Shown here: positions 1-9,778 of the stretch, piece after piece
How positions within the stretch are numbered: the stretch's first letter is position 1
How the letters are laid out: each line of letters begins with the position of its first letter
Assembly: GCA_965660445.1 (NCBI GenBank)
Contig: CBFIAK010000001.1
Coordinates: 736,001 to 800,000, forward strand
Source: Patescibacteria group bacterium
GTDB lineage: Bacteria; Patescibacteriota; Gracilibacteria; UBA4473
Direction of reading: 5' to 3'
DNA length: 64,000 nucleotides
The notes under the pieces: generated by a model
The model's input: only the letters and a program-made list of their open reading frames with translations
Database searches by the model: none
Told to the model about the DNA's origin: nothing
Translations under genes and position numbers: made by a program

Positions 1-654
1 CAAAAAGATTTTCGAGACGGTATTGCTGAAATAGAATTTCACCCACATAGCCAAAGTGATTTTCGATTCGTGGTACAAGGACCTTTTGGAGAAATAAAAT
101 CAAACAGTATTCGTGCACAAATATTTAAAGACATTCCTCCGAGTCATCAATTTGCGAATGCTATTGAAAACTTAAAACAACAAAGAGTAATTGATGGATA
201 CGAAGATGGAACATTTCGTCCACAAGGAACATTAAATCGTGCCGAGGCTGTGAAAATACTTATCAATGGAAATAATGTATCCCTTGCAAAAATGGAAGGA
301 AGTCGGTTTTCAGATGTTCCCACTCAAGCTTGGTTTACAGATTTTGTAAACACTGCTTCTGAAAGAGGTATTATCAAAGGATACCCAGATGGCTTATTCC
401 ATCCAGCAAAAGAAATATCACGAGCCGAGTTTTTAAAAGTAGCAATTCTTACACGAGGAATAAGCCCATCTACACCAACATCTGATCCCTATAGAGATGT
501 AGGGAAAGATGAATGGTTTGCTCCTTATTTTGAGTTCAGCAAAACCCATTCTCTTCTACTTATAAAAGGAGATATTGCAGACCCCGCATTTCCTATTACC
601 CGAGGAGAAGCAGCTTATATCATTGATAAACTCTCAAAACTAAACATTTTATAA
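1..654 (+). CDS. S-layer homology (SLH) domain protein, 5' end outside window
   Basis: Frame is open from base 1; three SLH-type repeats (FKDIP..GYEDGTFRPQGTLNRAEA, FSDVP..GYPDGLFHPAKEISRAEF, YRDV..ITRGEAA). Confidence 0.85.
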   Translation, partial: QKDFRDGIAEIEFHPHSQSDFRFVVQGPFGEIKSNSIRAQIFKDIPPSHQFANAIENLKQQRVIDGYEDGTFRPQGTLNRAEAVKILINGNNVSLAKMEGSRFSDVPTQAWFTDFVNTASERGIIKGYPDGLFHPAKEISRAEFLKVAILTRGISPSTPTSDPYRDVGKDEWFAPYFEFSKTHSLLLIKGDIADPAFPITRGEAAYIIDKLSKLNIL

Positions 655-716
655 CACCGAAATAACATCTGTTTACAGAATTTGACTTTTTACTAAAAAT
701 ATATAGAAATAAGTTA

Positions 717-1685
717 ATGAAGAGATGTTATTTTGGTGTTTTTGTAATTATTACTCTGTTTTTCTTTCAGAGTGTTCAAGCACAATATTTTGAATTTGAA
801 ACAGTACGAACACCACAAACTCCAGGGTTTTTCATGATTCGTATTTTTCCATTAGAAGGAAACAAGGCGCTTCAAACAACACCTGTATTTGTTCGAAATT
901 ACGCGGAAAATAAAGCCTCATTATACACTCCATTGCTTCCCGTTATTCAAGAGATGGGTGGACGAATTATAGAAAAACAAGACGTATCGTTTTATGAAAA
1001 AGATCCACAGTACACCATCGTTTTTTTAGGAGATCAAGAAAAAGGATATGCATGGTTTCGATTATCTCCACAAGAAAATCCGCTTGAATCATTTGAAGTA
1101 TTTCAAGAAAATTTTTTACAAGACATTGTGTTACGAAATATTGAAGTAGAGTTTGGAGGAAATGTCTATGACATACTCCCCTCTTATATTCCACACGTAA
1201 CAAAAAACCCGATTACTCTTGTTGGAAAGTTTCAAAAAGATCAAAAAACTCGATTTCATATTCGAGGAGAAATAAGTGATGGAATTATCGAATCAACTGA
1301 GTTTTTACCATTTGATGAAAAAGAAAACGGAGACATTATGGCAACCGGTATTGAAGACATATGGGAACAAATGTGGAACGAAGAAAACATCGATCCTGTT
1401 GTAGAAACTGTTTCTTCTCAATGGTGGAGATGGAATAATAGTTTTCCGTTTTTACTGTTTGGTTTAGGAGTTTTATTTTTTGCATGGGGCATTCGAAGTA
1501 TTCAAAAACGAAGATCCTTTATGGATGACTTATGGGATCAAACGGATCTTCCCTCGCAAAAACAGCTGTATCATGAGATACAAAAAAACGAAACAAAAAA
1601 AATCCCTAAAGAGAGTCTCCCCAAAGACCTTTCTGATTCTGCTTCGCCCTTTGTAGATATACCTCAAACTCGTTCCGACGACTAA
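717..1685 (+). CDS. Secreted, membrane-anchored hypothetical protein; middle part resembles the region C-terminal to VWA in VIT-VWA proteins
   Basis: Signal peptide (…SVQA), LRNIEVEFGGNVYDILP…ITLVGKF segment, C-terminal TM helix. Confidence 0.5.
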   Translation: MKRCYFGVFVIITLFFFQSVQAQYFEFETVRTPQTPGFFMIRIFPLEGNKALQTTPVFVRNYAENKASLYTPLLPVIQEMGGRIIEKQDVSFYEKDPQYTIVFLGDQEKGYAWFRLSPQENPLESFEVFQENFLQDIVLRNIEVEFGGNVYDILPSYIPHVTKNPITLVGKFQKDQKTRFHIRGEISDGIIESTEFLPFDEKENGDIMATGIEDIWEQMWNEENIDPVVETVSSQWWRWNNSFPFLLFGLGVLFFAWGIRSIQKRRSFMDDLWDQTDLPSQKQLYHEIQKNETKKIPKESLPKDLSDSASPFVDIPQTRSDD

Positions 1686-2178
1686 ACGGAAAATAAAAAA
1701 GTCCACGAGCAAACCCATTTTCGATCAAAAAAGCATTTAAATCTATTCCAGAATCGGTAAATACATAGGCAAGTCTTCTTTGATAAGCATCAAATTCATC
1801 AGATTCTGGATCTGTAATTAAACACACCTTGTCCCCTTCTTGTATATGTTTTAATAATGCATAGGTTGCTGATAAAGCACCTCTTTGAATTGGTTTTCTC
1901 TCATCTTTAGATTCTGGGGTATCGATACCAATAAAACGAACTTTTTCGTTATTCTCTATTTCAATAGTATCTCCATCAATCACCCGCGCCACGTTATGCC
2001 AAAGACAATTATTTGGATAATGGGTTTCAGCAAAAGAGAAATCAACATATGTTTCATCGATTTCATTTTTTTCTTGTGGGAGAGGGATGAAATCATTGAT
2101 ATTTCGTTCATGAAGAACAATTCCACCACGTTCACAACCAAAAAGTAAAACTGATACAAAAAAGAGACGAAAAAACAT
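1606..2178 (-). CDS. Thermonuclease (SNase) family lipoprotein
   Basis: Lipobox LFGC; VIDGDT, VRFIGIDTPE, D.Y.R.LAYV, A…KGLW motifs. Confidence 0.9.
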   Translation of the reverse strand: MFFRLFFVSVLLFGCERGGIVLHERNINDFIPLPQEKNEIDETYVDFSFAETHYPNNCLWHNVARVIDGDTIEIENNEKVRFIGIDTPESKDERKPIQRGALSATYALLKHIQEGDKVCLITDPESDEFDAYQRRLAYVFTDSGIDLNAFLIENGFARGLFYFPFSRRNEFEVYLQRAKQNQKGLWGDSL

Positions 2179-2242
2179 TGATAATCCTCAAAAAAATTAT
2201 AGGATTATTCTACTGTAAAATTCAAAAAATAACGAAATAATC

Positions 2243-2968
2243 ATGCTTCATATTCAAAATATACATGCACAATGTGATGACAAAAAAATTATAAATGGTA
2301 TCTCTTTGCGGGTTGGAAAAGGTGAGATTCATGCTATACTCGGTCCTAATGGGGCAGGAAAATCAACGCTTGGGCACATTCTTTTAGGAAACCCAAAATT
2401 TGAAGTAACGCAAGGAGATATTGAATTCGAAGGTGTTTCGTGGAACACACTTGAACCATGGGAACGAGCTCGACAAGGATTTTTTTTATCGTTTCAATCG
2501 CCTCCGACTCTTGAAGGTGTACACACAAAAGAGTTTTTATTTGGAGCGAAGAAATCAATTGATAGTTCATTTCATTCAAGTTTTCGGTTTCAAAAAACGA
2601 TCGATACGTATTTACAAAGTATGCACTTAGACCCATCATTTAAAACGAGAGAACTCAACAAAGGCACCTCTGGAGGGGAAAAGAAAAAACTCGAAATTGT
2701 ATCGATGCTCGCACTCGAACCAAAACTAGCATTTTTAGATGAAATTGATTCTGGAATCGATGTTGATGCTTTAAAGAACATCGCTCAAAATATTTCCGAG
2801 TTTATGAAATCAGGCGAAAAGTCAATTATCATCATTACTCATACTGAAAAATTACTCTCTCTTATTCATCCTACACACGTTCATATTTTAAAAGACGGAG
2901 TATTTGAAAAATCTGGAGGGAAGGAGCTCATAGAAGAAGTTCACACACACGGATTTAATCGTTCATAA
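2243..2968 (+). CDS. sufC: Fe-S cluster assembly ATPase SufC
   Basis: GPNGAGKST, SGGEKKK, LDEIDSGIDVD; directly upstream of sufB. Confidence 0.95.
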   Translation: MLHIQNIHAQCDDKKIINGISLRVGKGEIHAILGPNGAGKSTLGHILLGNPKFEVTQGDIEFEGVSWNTLEPWERARQGFFLSFQSPPTLEGVHTKEFLFGAKKSIDSSFHSSFRFQKTIDTYLQSMHLDPSFKTRELNKGTSGGEKKKLEIVSMLALEPKLAFLDEIDSGIDVDALKNIAQNISEFMKSGEKSIIIITHTEKLLSLIHPTHVHILKDGVFEKSGGKELIEEVHTHGFNRS

Positions 2969-2980
2969 TTATTTATTTTC

Positions 2981-4384
2981 ATGACACAAGTAACTTTTGA
3001 CACACTTCAGAGAGATGATCTTGATAAAGGAAACAACCAAGATTATGTACATCAGTTTGTAAAAGGATTAAATGAGTCAGTTGTTCGTATGATTTCACAA
3101 GACAAAAACGAACCAGAATGGCTTTTAGATATTCGATTACAAGCATTCAAAAAGTTTGAGAAAATGCCTATGCCTCAATGGGGGCCTGATATTCATAAAT
3201 TGGATTTTTCGGATATTCGGTTCTTTTCAAAAGCAACTGATCAGATACATAAAAAAACATGGGATGATGTACCAGAAGATATTAAGCGCACCTTTGAACG
3301 ACTAAAGATTCCTGAAGCTGAACGAAAAGTATTAGCGGGAGTCGGCGCTCAGTATGAATCAGAAAATGTATACCACAATCTCAAAGAACAATGGACCCAA
3401 AAAGGGGTTATTTTTGAAGATTTTGATAAGGCTGTCCAATTACATCCAGAACTGGTACAACAATATTTTACTCGTTCAGTGCCTATCAATGATCATAAGT
3501 TTGCAGCATTACATTATGCTGTTTTTTCAGGGGGCACGTTTTTATATGTTCCAAAAGGAGTAAGAGTCGATCAACCATTGCAGTCTTATTTTCGAATGAA
3601 TTCAATGAATCAGGGACAATTTGAACACACTCTTATTATTATTGAAGAAGAAGCAGATGCTCATTACATTGAAGGATGTTCGGCACCAAAATACGGATCT
3701 CAATCACTACATGCAGGATGCGTGGAGGTATTTGTACACAAAAGTGGAAAAATGAGGTATTCGTCGGTTGAAAACTGGTCGGAAGACACGTATAACCTCA
3801 ACACAAAACGAGCCATTGTGCATGAAAATGGGGCTATGGATTGGGTTGGTGGAAATTTAGGATCAGGGGTAACGATGCTGTATCCGTGTTCAGTGCTTGT
3901 AGGTAATAACGCACAATGTGAACACTTAGGTATTGCGTTTGCGTCTACCAATCAAAACCAAGACACGGGAGCAAAGATTATTATCAGTGGAAAAAACTGT
4001 AAAGGAACAGTTATTAGCAAAAGCATTGCTCAAAAAGGAGGTATTAGCACCTATAGGGGGTTGGTGAAAATCAACAAGCATGCAGACAATGCGACCCTGA
4101 ATATTGAATGTGATGCCTTAATGATGGATCGAGAATCAGTATCTGACACGATTCCACACATAGAATGTGAAAACAGCAGTGCTTCTATCACTCATGAAGC
4201 CAGTGCGGGGAAAATGGATCCTGATATTTTACTCTATTATCAATCACGGGGGTATGATACAGAAAAAGCAAAAAGCATGATTGTGAATGGATTCTTTAGT
4301 GAAGTAGTAAGAACACTTCCTTTAGAATATGCCGTGGAACTGAATCGACTTATGGAATTAGAAATGGAAGGGAGTGTTGGATAA
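2981..4384 (+). CDS. sufB: Fe-S cluster assembly protein SufB
   Basis: GVGAQYESE, GQFEHTLII, YIEGCSAP, HEASAG, LEMEGSVG C-terminus. Confidence 0.97.
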   Translation: MTQVTFDTLQRDDLDKGNNQDYVHQFVKGLNESVVRMISQDKNEPEWLLDIRLQAFKKFEKMPMPQWGPDIHKLDFSDIRFFSKATDQIHKKTWDDVPEDIKRTFERLKIPEAERKVLAGVGAQYESENVYHNLKEQWTQKGVIFEDFDKAVQLHPELVQQYFTRSVPINDHKFAALHYAVFSGGTFLYVPKGVRVDQPLQSYFRMNSMNQGQFEHTLIIIEEEADAHYIEGCSAPKYGSQSLHAGCVEVFVHKSGKMRYSSVENWSEDTYNLNTKRAIVHENGAMDWVGGNLGSGVTMLYPCSVLVGNNAQCEHLGIAFASTNQNQDTGAKIIISGKNCKGTVISKSIAQKGGISTYRGLVKINKHADNATLNIECDALMMDRESVSDTIPHIECENSSASITHEASAGKMDPDILLYYQSRGYDTEKAKSMIVNGFFSEVVRTLPLEYAVELNRLMELEMEGSVG

Positions 4385-4429
4385 ACTGTATAGAGAAGAT
4401 ATATTTTTAATTTTTAAGAGCGTATACAT

Positions 4430-4960
4430 ATGAAACTCATAAATCCCGAAGGTAAAAAAATCATTGAAATACAAGACACAACCCCACTCCACATAAAACT
4501 CGAAGATTACAGTGAGGAAAATCGGTCGTTTCAATTGATTATAAAACTCAAAAGCGAAGGGGCTTCTTGCGTAGTAGAAGGACGCATACAAGCCAAATCA
4601 AACGCACAAAAATCATGGACGGTTCATCAGGTATTTGAAAACAAAGACCAAAAAGGAGTTATTGTCTTACGAGGTGTATCCGAAGAAAAAGGGGTAATCG
4701 AACTCAATGGGGCAGGGATTTTAATGTCGAGTTCTCAAAATTGTGATGCACGCGTGGAAGAAAAAATTTTATTATTCGATGAAGGCCGTGGGCGGATGCT
4801 ACCGGTATTAACCGTTAAAACAAATGAAGTTGGAAGTGCATCACACAGTGCATCACTCACTCCTATTAACGAAGAAATACTACTCTATGCACAATCGAGG
4901 GGATATGATCTGAATACAGCAAAAGAAATGATTAAAAACGGATTTTTATCATTTAAATAA
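4430..4960 (+). CDS. Short SufD-like protein (C-terminal beta-helix part only)
   Basis: PVLTVKTNEV..ASHSAS…LLYAQSRG…MIKNGF matches SufB/SufD C-terminus; operon position. Confidence 0.75.
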   Translation: MKLINPEGKKIIEIQDTTPLHIKLEDYSEENRSFQLIIKLKSEGASCVVEGRIQAKSNAQKSWTVHQVFENKDQKGVIVLRGVSEEKGVIELNGAGILMSSSQNCDARVEEKILLFDEGRGRMLPVLTVKTNEVGSASHSASLTPINEEILLYAQSRGYDLNTAKEMIKNGFLSFK

Positions 4961-5204
4961 GAATTTTATTGACAAACATACAAATGAGTGATAAAAAGTA
5001 AAAGCATATATATATACTTTTACTTTTGTTCTCTTTCACACTCATAGTACAGTGAATATTTATAATTAATTATTTAAAACGTATATATATTGCACTCTTG
5101 AGAGGTTTTGTTCGTTATTTATTACTCCAAAACGATATTTAACACAAAACCTCTCTTCTTTTTATTGTTCTTTTTTATCAATCCAAAAAAGCGAGGAGGA
5201 TTAA

Positions 5205-5345
5205 ATGGCAGAAAAACAAAAAACACCAAAAAATTTTTATTTTTGGGCAAGTATTATATTTGGTGCTTACGTATTTCTCATGATAATATCTATTCTGTTT
5301 TCTGGAATATTTGATATTCCAGAAGTTTTGACAAGATTTTTTTAG
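5205..5345 (+). CDS. Small single-TM protein, 46 aa (not in ORF track)
   Basis: GAGGAGG RBS ahead of ATG 5205; MAEKQKTPKNFYFWASIIFGAYVFLMIISILFSGIFDIPEVLTRFF; terminator follows immediately. Confidence 0.7.
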   Translation: MAEKQKTPKNFYFWASIIFGAYVFLMIISILFSGIFDIPEVLTRFF

Positions 5346-5353
5346 AACAATAT

Positions 5354-5387
5354 ATCACTTCATAGAAATATGAAGTGATTTTTTTTT
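5354..5387 (+). terminator. Intrinsic terminator
   Basis: ATCACTTCATA-GAAA-TATGAAGTGAT then T-run. Confidence 0.8.
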
Positions 5388-5450
5388 GACACTCTTTAAT
5401 TTTTTTCTAAGATATTGGAGTTGTTTTTAGAGTTGTCTTCGACAACAAAC

Positions 5451-5527
<77 letters not shown>

Positions 5528-5528
5528 T

Positions 5529-5600
5529 AAAAAAATCGGTACCCTTTACGGGTAGCGATGTTTTTATATTGTATATGGACTTTGAACGAGCGGTCTCTGA
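5529..5600 (+). repeat. tRNA-downstream hairpin plus degenerate antisense T-arm copy
   Basis: AAAAATCGGT…CGATGTTTTT hairpin then GGACTTTGAAC, a near reverse complement of the tRNA GTTCAAGTCC. Confidence 0.55.
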
Positions 5601-5683
5601 ACGTATCAGAATGAGTCTTTAGTTGTTCATTTAAACCAGAAAAAATTGAGCAACGCGAAATAATTTTTTCTAGGAATAAATAG

Positions 5684-6058
<375 letters not shown>

Positions 6059-6133
6059 TAAATAATAAAAGAGAATAAAATTTAAAACATAATTTTATTT
6101 TTTGGAATATGGAATTTATTTATAATAGAAAAG

Positions 6134-6553
6134 ATGAAAATTTATTTTGCTGGTTCCATTCGTGCAGGGCGTGAAGACGCCCCATTATATCAATTCCTGA
6201 TTCATCATATGTCTCAGAACCACACCGTGCTTACGGAACACATTGGGGATATATCTCTGGGAAATATGGGAGAATCAATAAAAAGAGATATTGATATTTA
6301 CAACCGAGATGTTTCATGGATAGAAGAATCTGACGTTATTGTAGCAGAAGTGAGCACTCCCTCTTTAGGTGTTGGATACGAAATTGGAATAAGTGAGAAA
6401 CTCAAAAAACCAGTTTTGTGTCTATTTCGTACACAAAACGAAGGAAAAAAACTTTCAGCCATGATACAAGGAAACCAATATATAAAAGTTGAACAATATA
6501 AGACCAAAGAAGAAGCAATACAGGTTATTGATCTCTTTTTAAACAGTTTATAG
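6134..6553 (+). CDS. Nucleoside 2-deoxyribosyltransferase family, DNPH1/Rcl-like N-glycosidase
   Basis: KIYFAGSIR, VLTEH, D…VAEVSTPSLGVGYEIG, SAMI. Confidence 0.88.
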   Translation: MKIYFAGSIRAGREDAPLYQFLIHHMSQNHTVLTEHIGDISLGNMGESIKRDIDIYNRDVSWIEESDVIVAEVSTPSLGVGYEIGISEKLKKPVLCLFRTQNEGKKLSAMIQGNQYIKVEQYKTKEEAIQVIDLFLNSL

Positions 6554-6562
6554 AATACTTTC

Positions 6563-7072
6563 ATGTTTAGAAAAGGAAGCATCATTGCCTACCCAACCGA
6601 TACGAGTTTTGGACTTGGTGTTCGTGCTGACGACTCACAAACACTTGAGCGATTATACATTCTTAAAAAACGACCAATTCAAAAATATATATCACTTATG
6701 GTTCGTGACTGGGAAATGCTTGAAAAATTCGCTTTTATCCCAAAAACACTTTCTAAAGATTTATTCTTTAATACTCCTTACACGGCTCTTTTAAAACCAA
6801 AACCAATACTCCCCTCTTCTCCGTTTTGGGATTCTGAAAAAGTAGGGTTTCGTATATGCACTATTGAGGAAGTCGCTCGTTATATAACCTACCCTATAAC
6901 GGCTACTTCAGCGAATATATCAGGAGAGACGTCTTTGTTTTCAGAAAAAGATATACACACTTTTTTTGGAGATAAAATAGAAGTTTTATCAACACATCTG
7001 CATACACTTACTCCCCTTCCCCCTTCACAGATATGGGATCACACCGTTGATCCACTTCATCGGATTCGTTAA
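6563..7072 (+). CDS. L-threonylcarbamoyladenylate synthase (TsaC/Sua5/YrdC family)
   Basis: AYPTDTSFGLG, KKRP, ATSANISGE. Confidence 0.88.
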   Translation: MFRKGSIIAYPTDTSFGLGVRADDSQTLERLYILKKRPIQKYISLMVRDWEMLEKFAFIPKTLSKDLFFNTPYTALLKPKPILPSSPFWDSEKVGFRICTIEEVARYITYPITATSANISGETSLFSEKDIHTFFGDKIEVLSTHLHTLTPLPPSQIWDHTVDPLHRIR

Positions 7073-7136
7073 AAAAAATTGCATTTTGAACACAAAAAAA
7101 ATAGAATATCAAACGTAAAATTATCTATTAGACTTT

Positions 7137-8027
7137 ATGAATTTTGCTGAATTTCTTGCCCCCTTTATCCGAAGAAAAAACCAGTTTCTTATTAGTTTTT
7201 TTCTTGTGTTTGGGTTTTGCATGAGTGTATTTTTTATGCTTCCTCAAACAGAACGAACAACACTTTATTTTTCACTCAAACCACTGACCACCAATAGTGA
7301 TTCTTATGTACTCTCAAATGGTATAGAAGAAGGAAGTAAAGTAGCAGAAACTATTGCTGGATGGGCAAAGAATCCTGGATTTCGACAAGATATTTTAAAA
7401 GAAGCGAATCTTGATATTCCAAAATTCAAACGAAAACTTTCAGCACAACGTCAAAACAGACTCAATGTGTTTTGGACTCTGAAGCTGAGCGGAAAAGAGA
7501 CGCAGTATTCAGACGAAATCACAGAAGCATTAACAACGGTTCTGGATAGAAACATGGCTGAGTTTAACGATAACAATGCGTTCCCATTTGGGTATTCTGA
7601 ACCAAGTTTGTTTCAAGAAAAACGACCTATTCCACTTTCTTTACAAATTATTATCAGTCTTTCTATTGCTTTTATGGGAAGTTTGTTTGGGTTCTTTATT
7701 ATTGCAAGCATACAAGAACGACTTTTATTCACGAGTCAAATACGAGACTTGTTCCCAAAAAGTCCAATATTAAACATAAAAACAGAAATTGGATCACATG
7801 ATGAAGTTTTGCTGAAATATTTCTTATCAACGTTTCCAAACCCTCAATTACTTGGTGGGTTTAAAGAAGCTGAAAAGTTTTTTGATTTACAAACACTTCA
7901 AACACTCCAAAGAGAATCTGATACCCCTGTTATTTTAGTGCGATTATGGGACACAAAACGAGAAGACTTAGAAAACTTTAAAGCATTATTTGATGATAAT
8001 GTTGCTTTTATTCTTTTTGAACGATAA
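7137..8027 (+). CDS. Two-TM membrane protein, Wzz/polysaccharide co-polymerase-like topology
   Basis: N-terminal TM, about 130 aa loop, Pro-containing segment before a second TM, cytoplasmic tail. Confidence 0.5.
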   Translation: MNFAEFLAPFIRRKNQFLISFFLVFGFCMSVFFMLPQTERTTLYFSLKPLTTNSDSYVLSNGIEEGSKVAETIAGWAKNPGFRQDILKEANLDIPKFKRKLSAQRQNRLNVFWTLKLSGKETQYSDEITEALTTVLDRNMAEFNDNNAFPFGYSEPSLFQEKRPIPLSLQIIISLSIAFMGSLFGFFIIASIQERLLFTSQIRDLFPKSPILNIKTEIGSHDEVLLKYFLSTFPNPQLLGGFKEAEKFFDLQTLQTLQRESDTPVILVRLWDTKREDLENFKALFDDNVAFILFER

Positions 8028-8029
8028 AA

Positions 8030-8494
8030 ATGCCACGAAAAAAAACACCTCAGTTTGGTGATATTATTTTCTTTCACCCTCGAAGTTTAAAAAGTAAGAT
8101 CATTACGCATTTTGATGATGGAGACTGGTCTCATGTAGGGCTTGTGCTTGATATATATGAATCAAGAATCCTTTTTATAGAAAGTCATTGGGACGGAGTA
8201 CGAATACAGCTACTTGATGAAACATCACAAAATTTTACTATCGTTCCCGCACCCGTAAAAATAAAAAAATCAAAACAGGAGTTACTTCAATTTGTAGGAA
8301 AAAAATATGATTACAAACACTTGGTATCTATGGGGCTTCATTTAGGAAGTCGAAAACGAATAAAACTCCGATCCACCAACGAAGATCAATTAATCTGTAG
8401 TGAACTGGTAAACTGGGTCTATGATTACACATTGAGTCCAAAAGGAGAAGCTACTCCAAACTCTATTTATCGTTTTCTTACACAAAAGACCTAA
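8030..8494 (+). CDS. Permuted papain-like NlpC/P60 enzyme (YiiX/YebB family)
   Basis: GDIIF, SHVG, GKKYD, CSELV, TP motifs in His-before-Cys order. Confidence 0.85.
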   Translation: MPRKKTPQFGDIIFFHPRSLKSKIITHFDDGDWSHVGLVLDIYESRILFIESHWDGVRIQLLDETSQNFTIVPAPVKIKKSKQELLQFVGKKYDYKHLVSMGLHLGSRKRIKLRSTNEDQLICSELVNWVYDYTLSPKGEATPNSIYRFLTQKT

Positions 8495-8503
8495 ACTTAT
8501 TTC

Positions 8504-9349
8504 ATGACCAATTTTTTCAAGGACAGACAACTTTTAATTGCGAGTATGCATGAAAAAGAACGAGTTCTTCAACCATTATGTGAAACTCATTTAGGGGTTT
8601 CTTGTCGTGTTGTAGAAGGATTTAATACTGATGTTTTTGGAAGTTTTACAGGCATACCTCCACGAAAGGAATCACCAAAGAAAACACTGAAGCAAAAAAT
8701 AGAAACGGCTCTTGATTTGTTTGGGTATGATCTTGGTATTGGCAGTGAAGGAAGTTTTTATCCGTCCCCCGCGACTCCTTTTGCCACACAAAATACAGAG
8801 ACGATTATGATTATTGATAGAAAAAATAATATCAGTATTGATGAATCGTTTACAACACTGAAAACAAACGCGAACCAAAAAAAAGCATACTCTTTGGAAG
8901 AAGCTTTTGAGTTTGCTCGGCAAATCGGATTTCCTGACCATGGAATACACATACGTCCGAAAAAAAATGCTTCAAAAATATATCATATTGTTGATGAAGA
9001 AATGCTCAAAGAAACAGTGCAACACATTCTGTCTCACTGGTTTCAGTCTTCTTTTTGGATTGAAACAGATATGAGAGCACATAAAAACCCAACTCGCATG
9101 GTTGCTATTGAAGAAGCGATGAAATCACTCCTTAAAAAACTTTCTTATCATTGTCCTGAATGTAGAACTCCGGGATTTGGCGTACAAGAAAAAAAACAAG
9201 GGCTTCCTTGCTCATGGTGTGGAAAAGAAACTGTTGAGACACGGTTTGAAATCTCTCAATGTGTCAAATGCGATCATACAAAAATATATGACAAAACGAA
9301 TGATGGTTTCTATGCAGACCCCGCACAGTGTGAACACTGTAATCCTTAA
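8504..9349 (+). CDS. DUF6671-like protein with C-terminal Cys clusters
   Basis: MHEKE, TD.FG.FTG, SEGSF, ETDMRAHKNPTRM, CPEC, CSWC, C..CNP end. Confidence 0.75.
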   Translation: MTNFFKDRQLLIASMHEKERVLQPLCETHLGVSCRVVEGFNTDVFGSFTGIPPRKESPKKTLKQKIETALDLFGYDLGIGSEGSFYPSPATPFATQNTETIMIIDRKNNISIDESFTTLKTNANQKKAYSLEEAFEFARQIGFPDHGIHIRPKKNASKIYHIVDEEMLKETVQHILSHWFQSSFWIETDMRAHKNPTRMVAIEEAMKSLLKKLSYHCPECRTPGFGVQEKKQGLPCSWCGKETVETRFEISQCVKCDHTKIYDKTNDGFYADPAQCEHCNP

Positions 9350-9603
9350 GACTTTTTGTTGTAGATATATCGCTGTACGGCAAAACAAGTCCAAACAAAC
9401 CCAGAAAGAAATGTTACGACCCCAGAGAGCAGTAATCCTGATGTCCACAAGGCGACAGATATAGTAAATAAACAAAGTGCATACGGAACAGATGTCGAAA
9501 ACCCAATAGGTCCTGTTTTCGTTCGAAATCCATTATATACTTGAGGAAGCAAAGACATACTCAAGATTATATTACAAACCGTAATCACAATATCTTGCCA
9601 CAT
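9346..9603 (-). CDS. PQ-loop / SemiSWEET-like small transporter
   Basis: LLPQV motif, three TM helices; ATG 9603 preferred. Confidence 0.7.
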   Translation of the reverse strand: MWQDIVITVCNIILSMSLLPQVYNGFRTKTGPIGFSTSVPYALCLFTISVALWTSGLLLSGVVTFLSGFVWTCFAVQRYIYNKKS

Positions 9604-9778
9604 AAAATTTTCAGAAAAAAAGTGAATCAAGTATACCAAAAACGGTTCTCTAAAAAAACAGAGTTTATATGGAAATACACTTGCCGTTTTTATATTTCAT
9701 GTTATTATGGTAATAGAAAGAAAAGTTCTTTTAAAACTCGGATAATAAAAAATATTTCAAACAAATTAAGGAGCCTAT

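Noticed and set aside
5108-5314. 68-aa ORF from the track
   Set aside because: The alternative frame 5205-5345 has the RBS, TM helix and terminator
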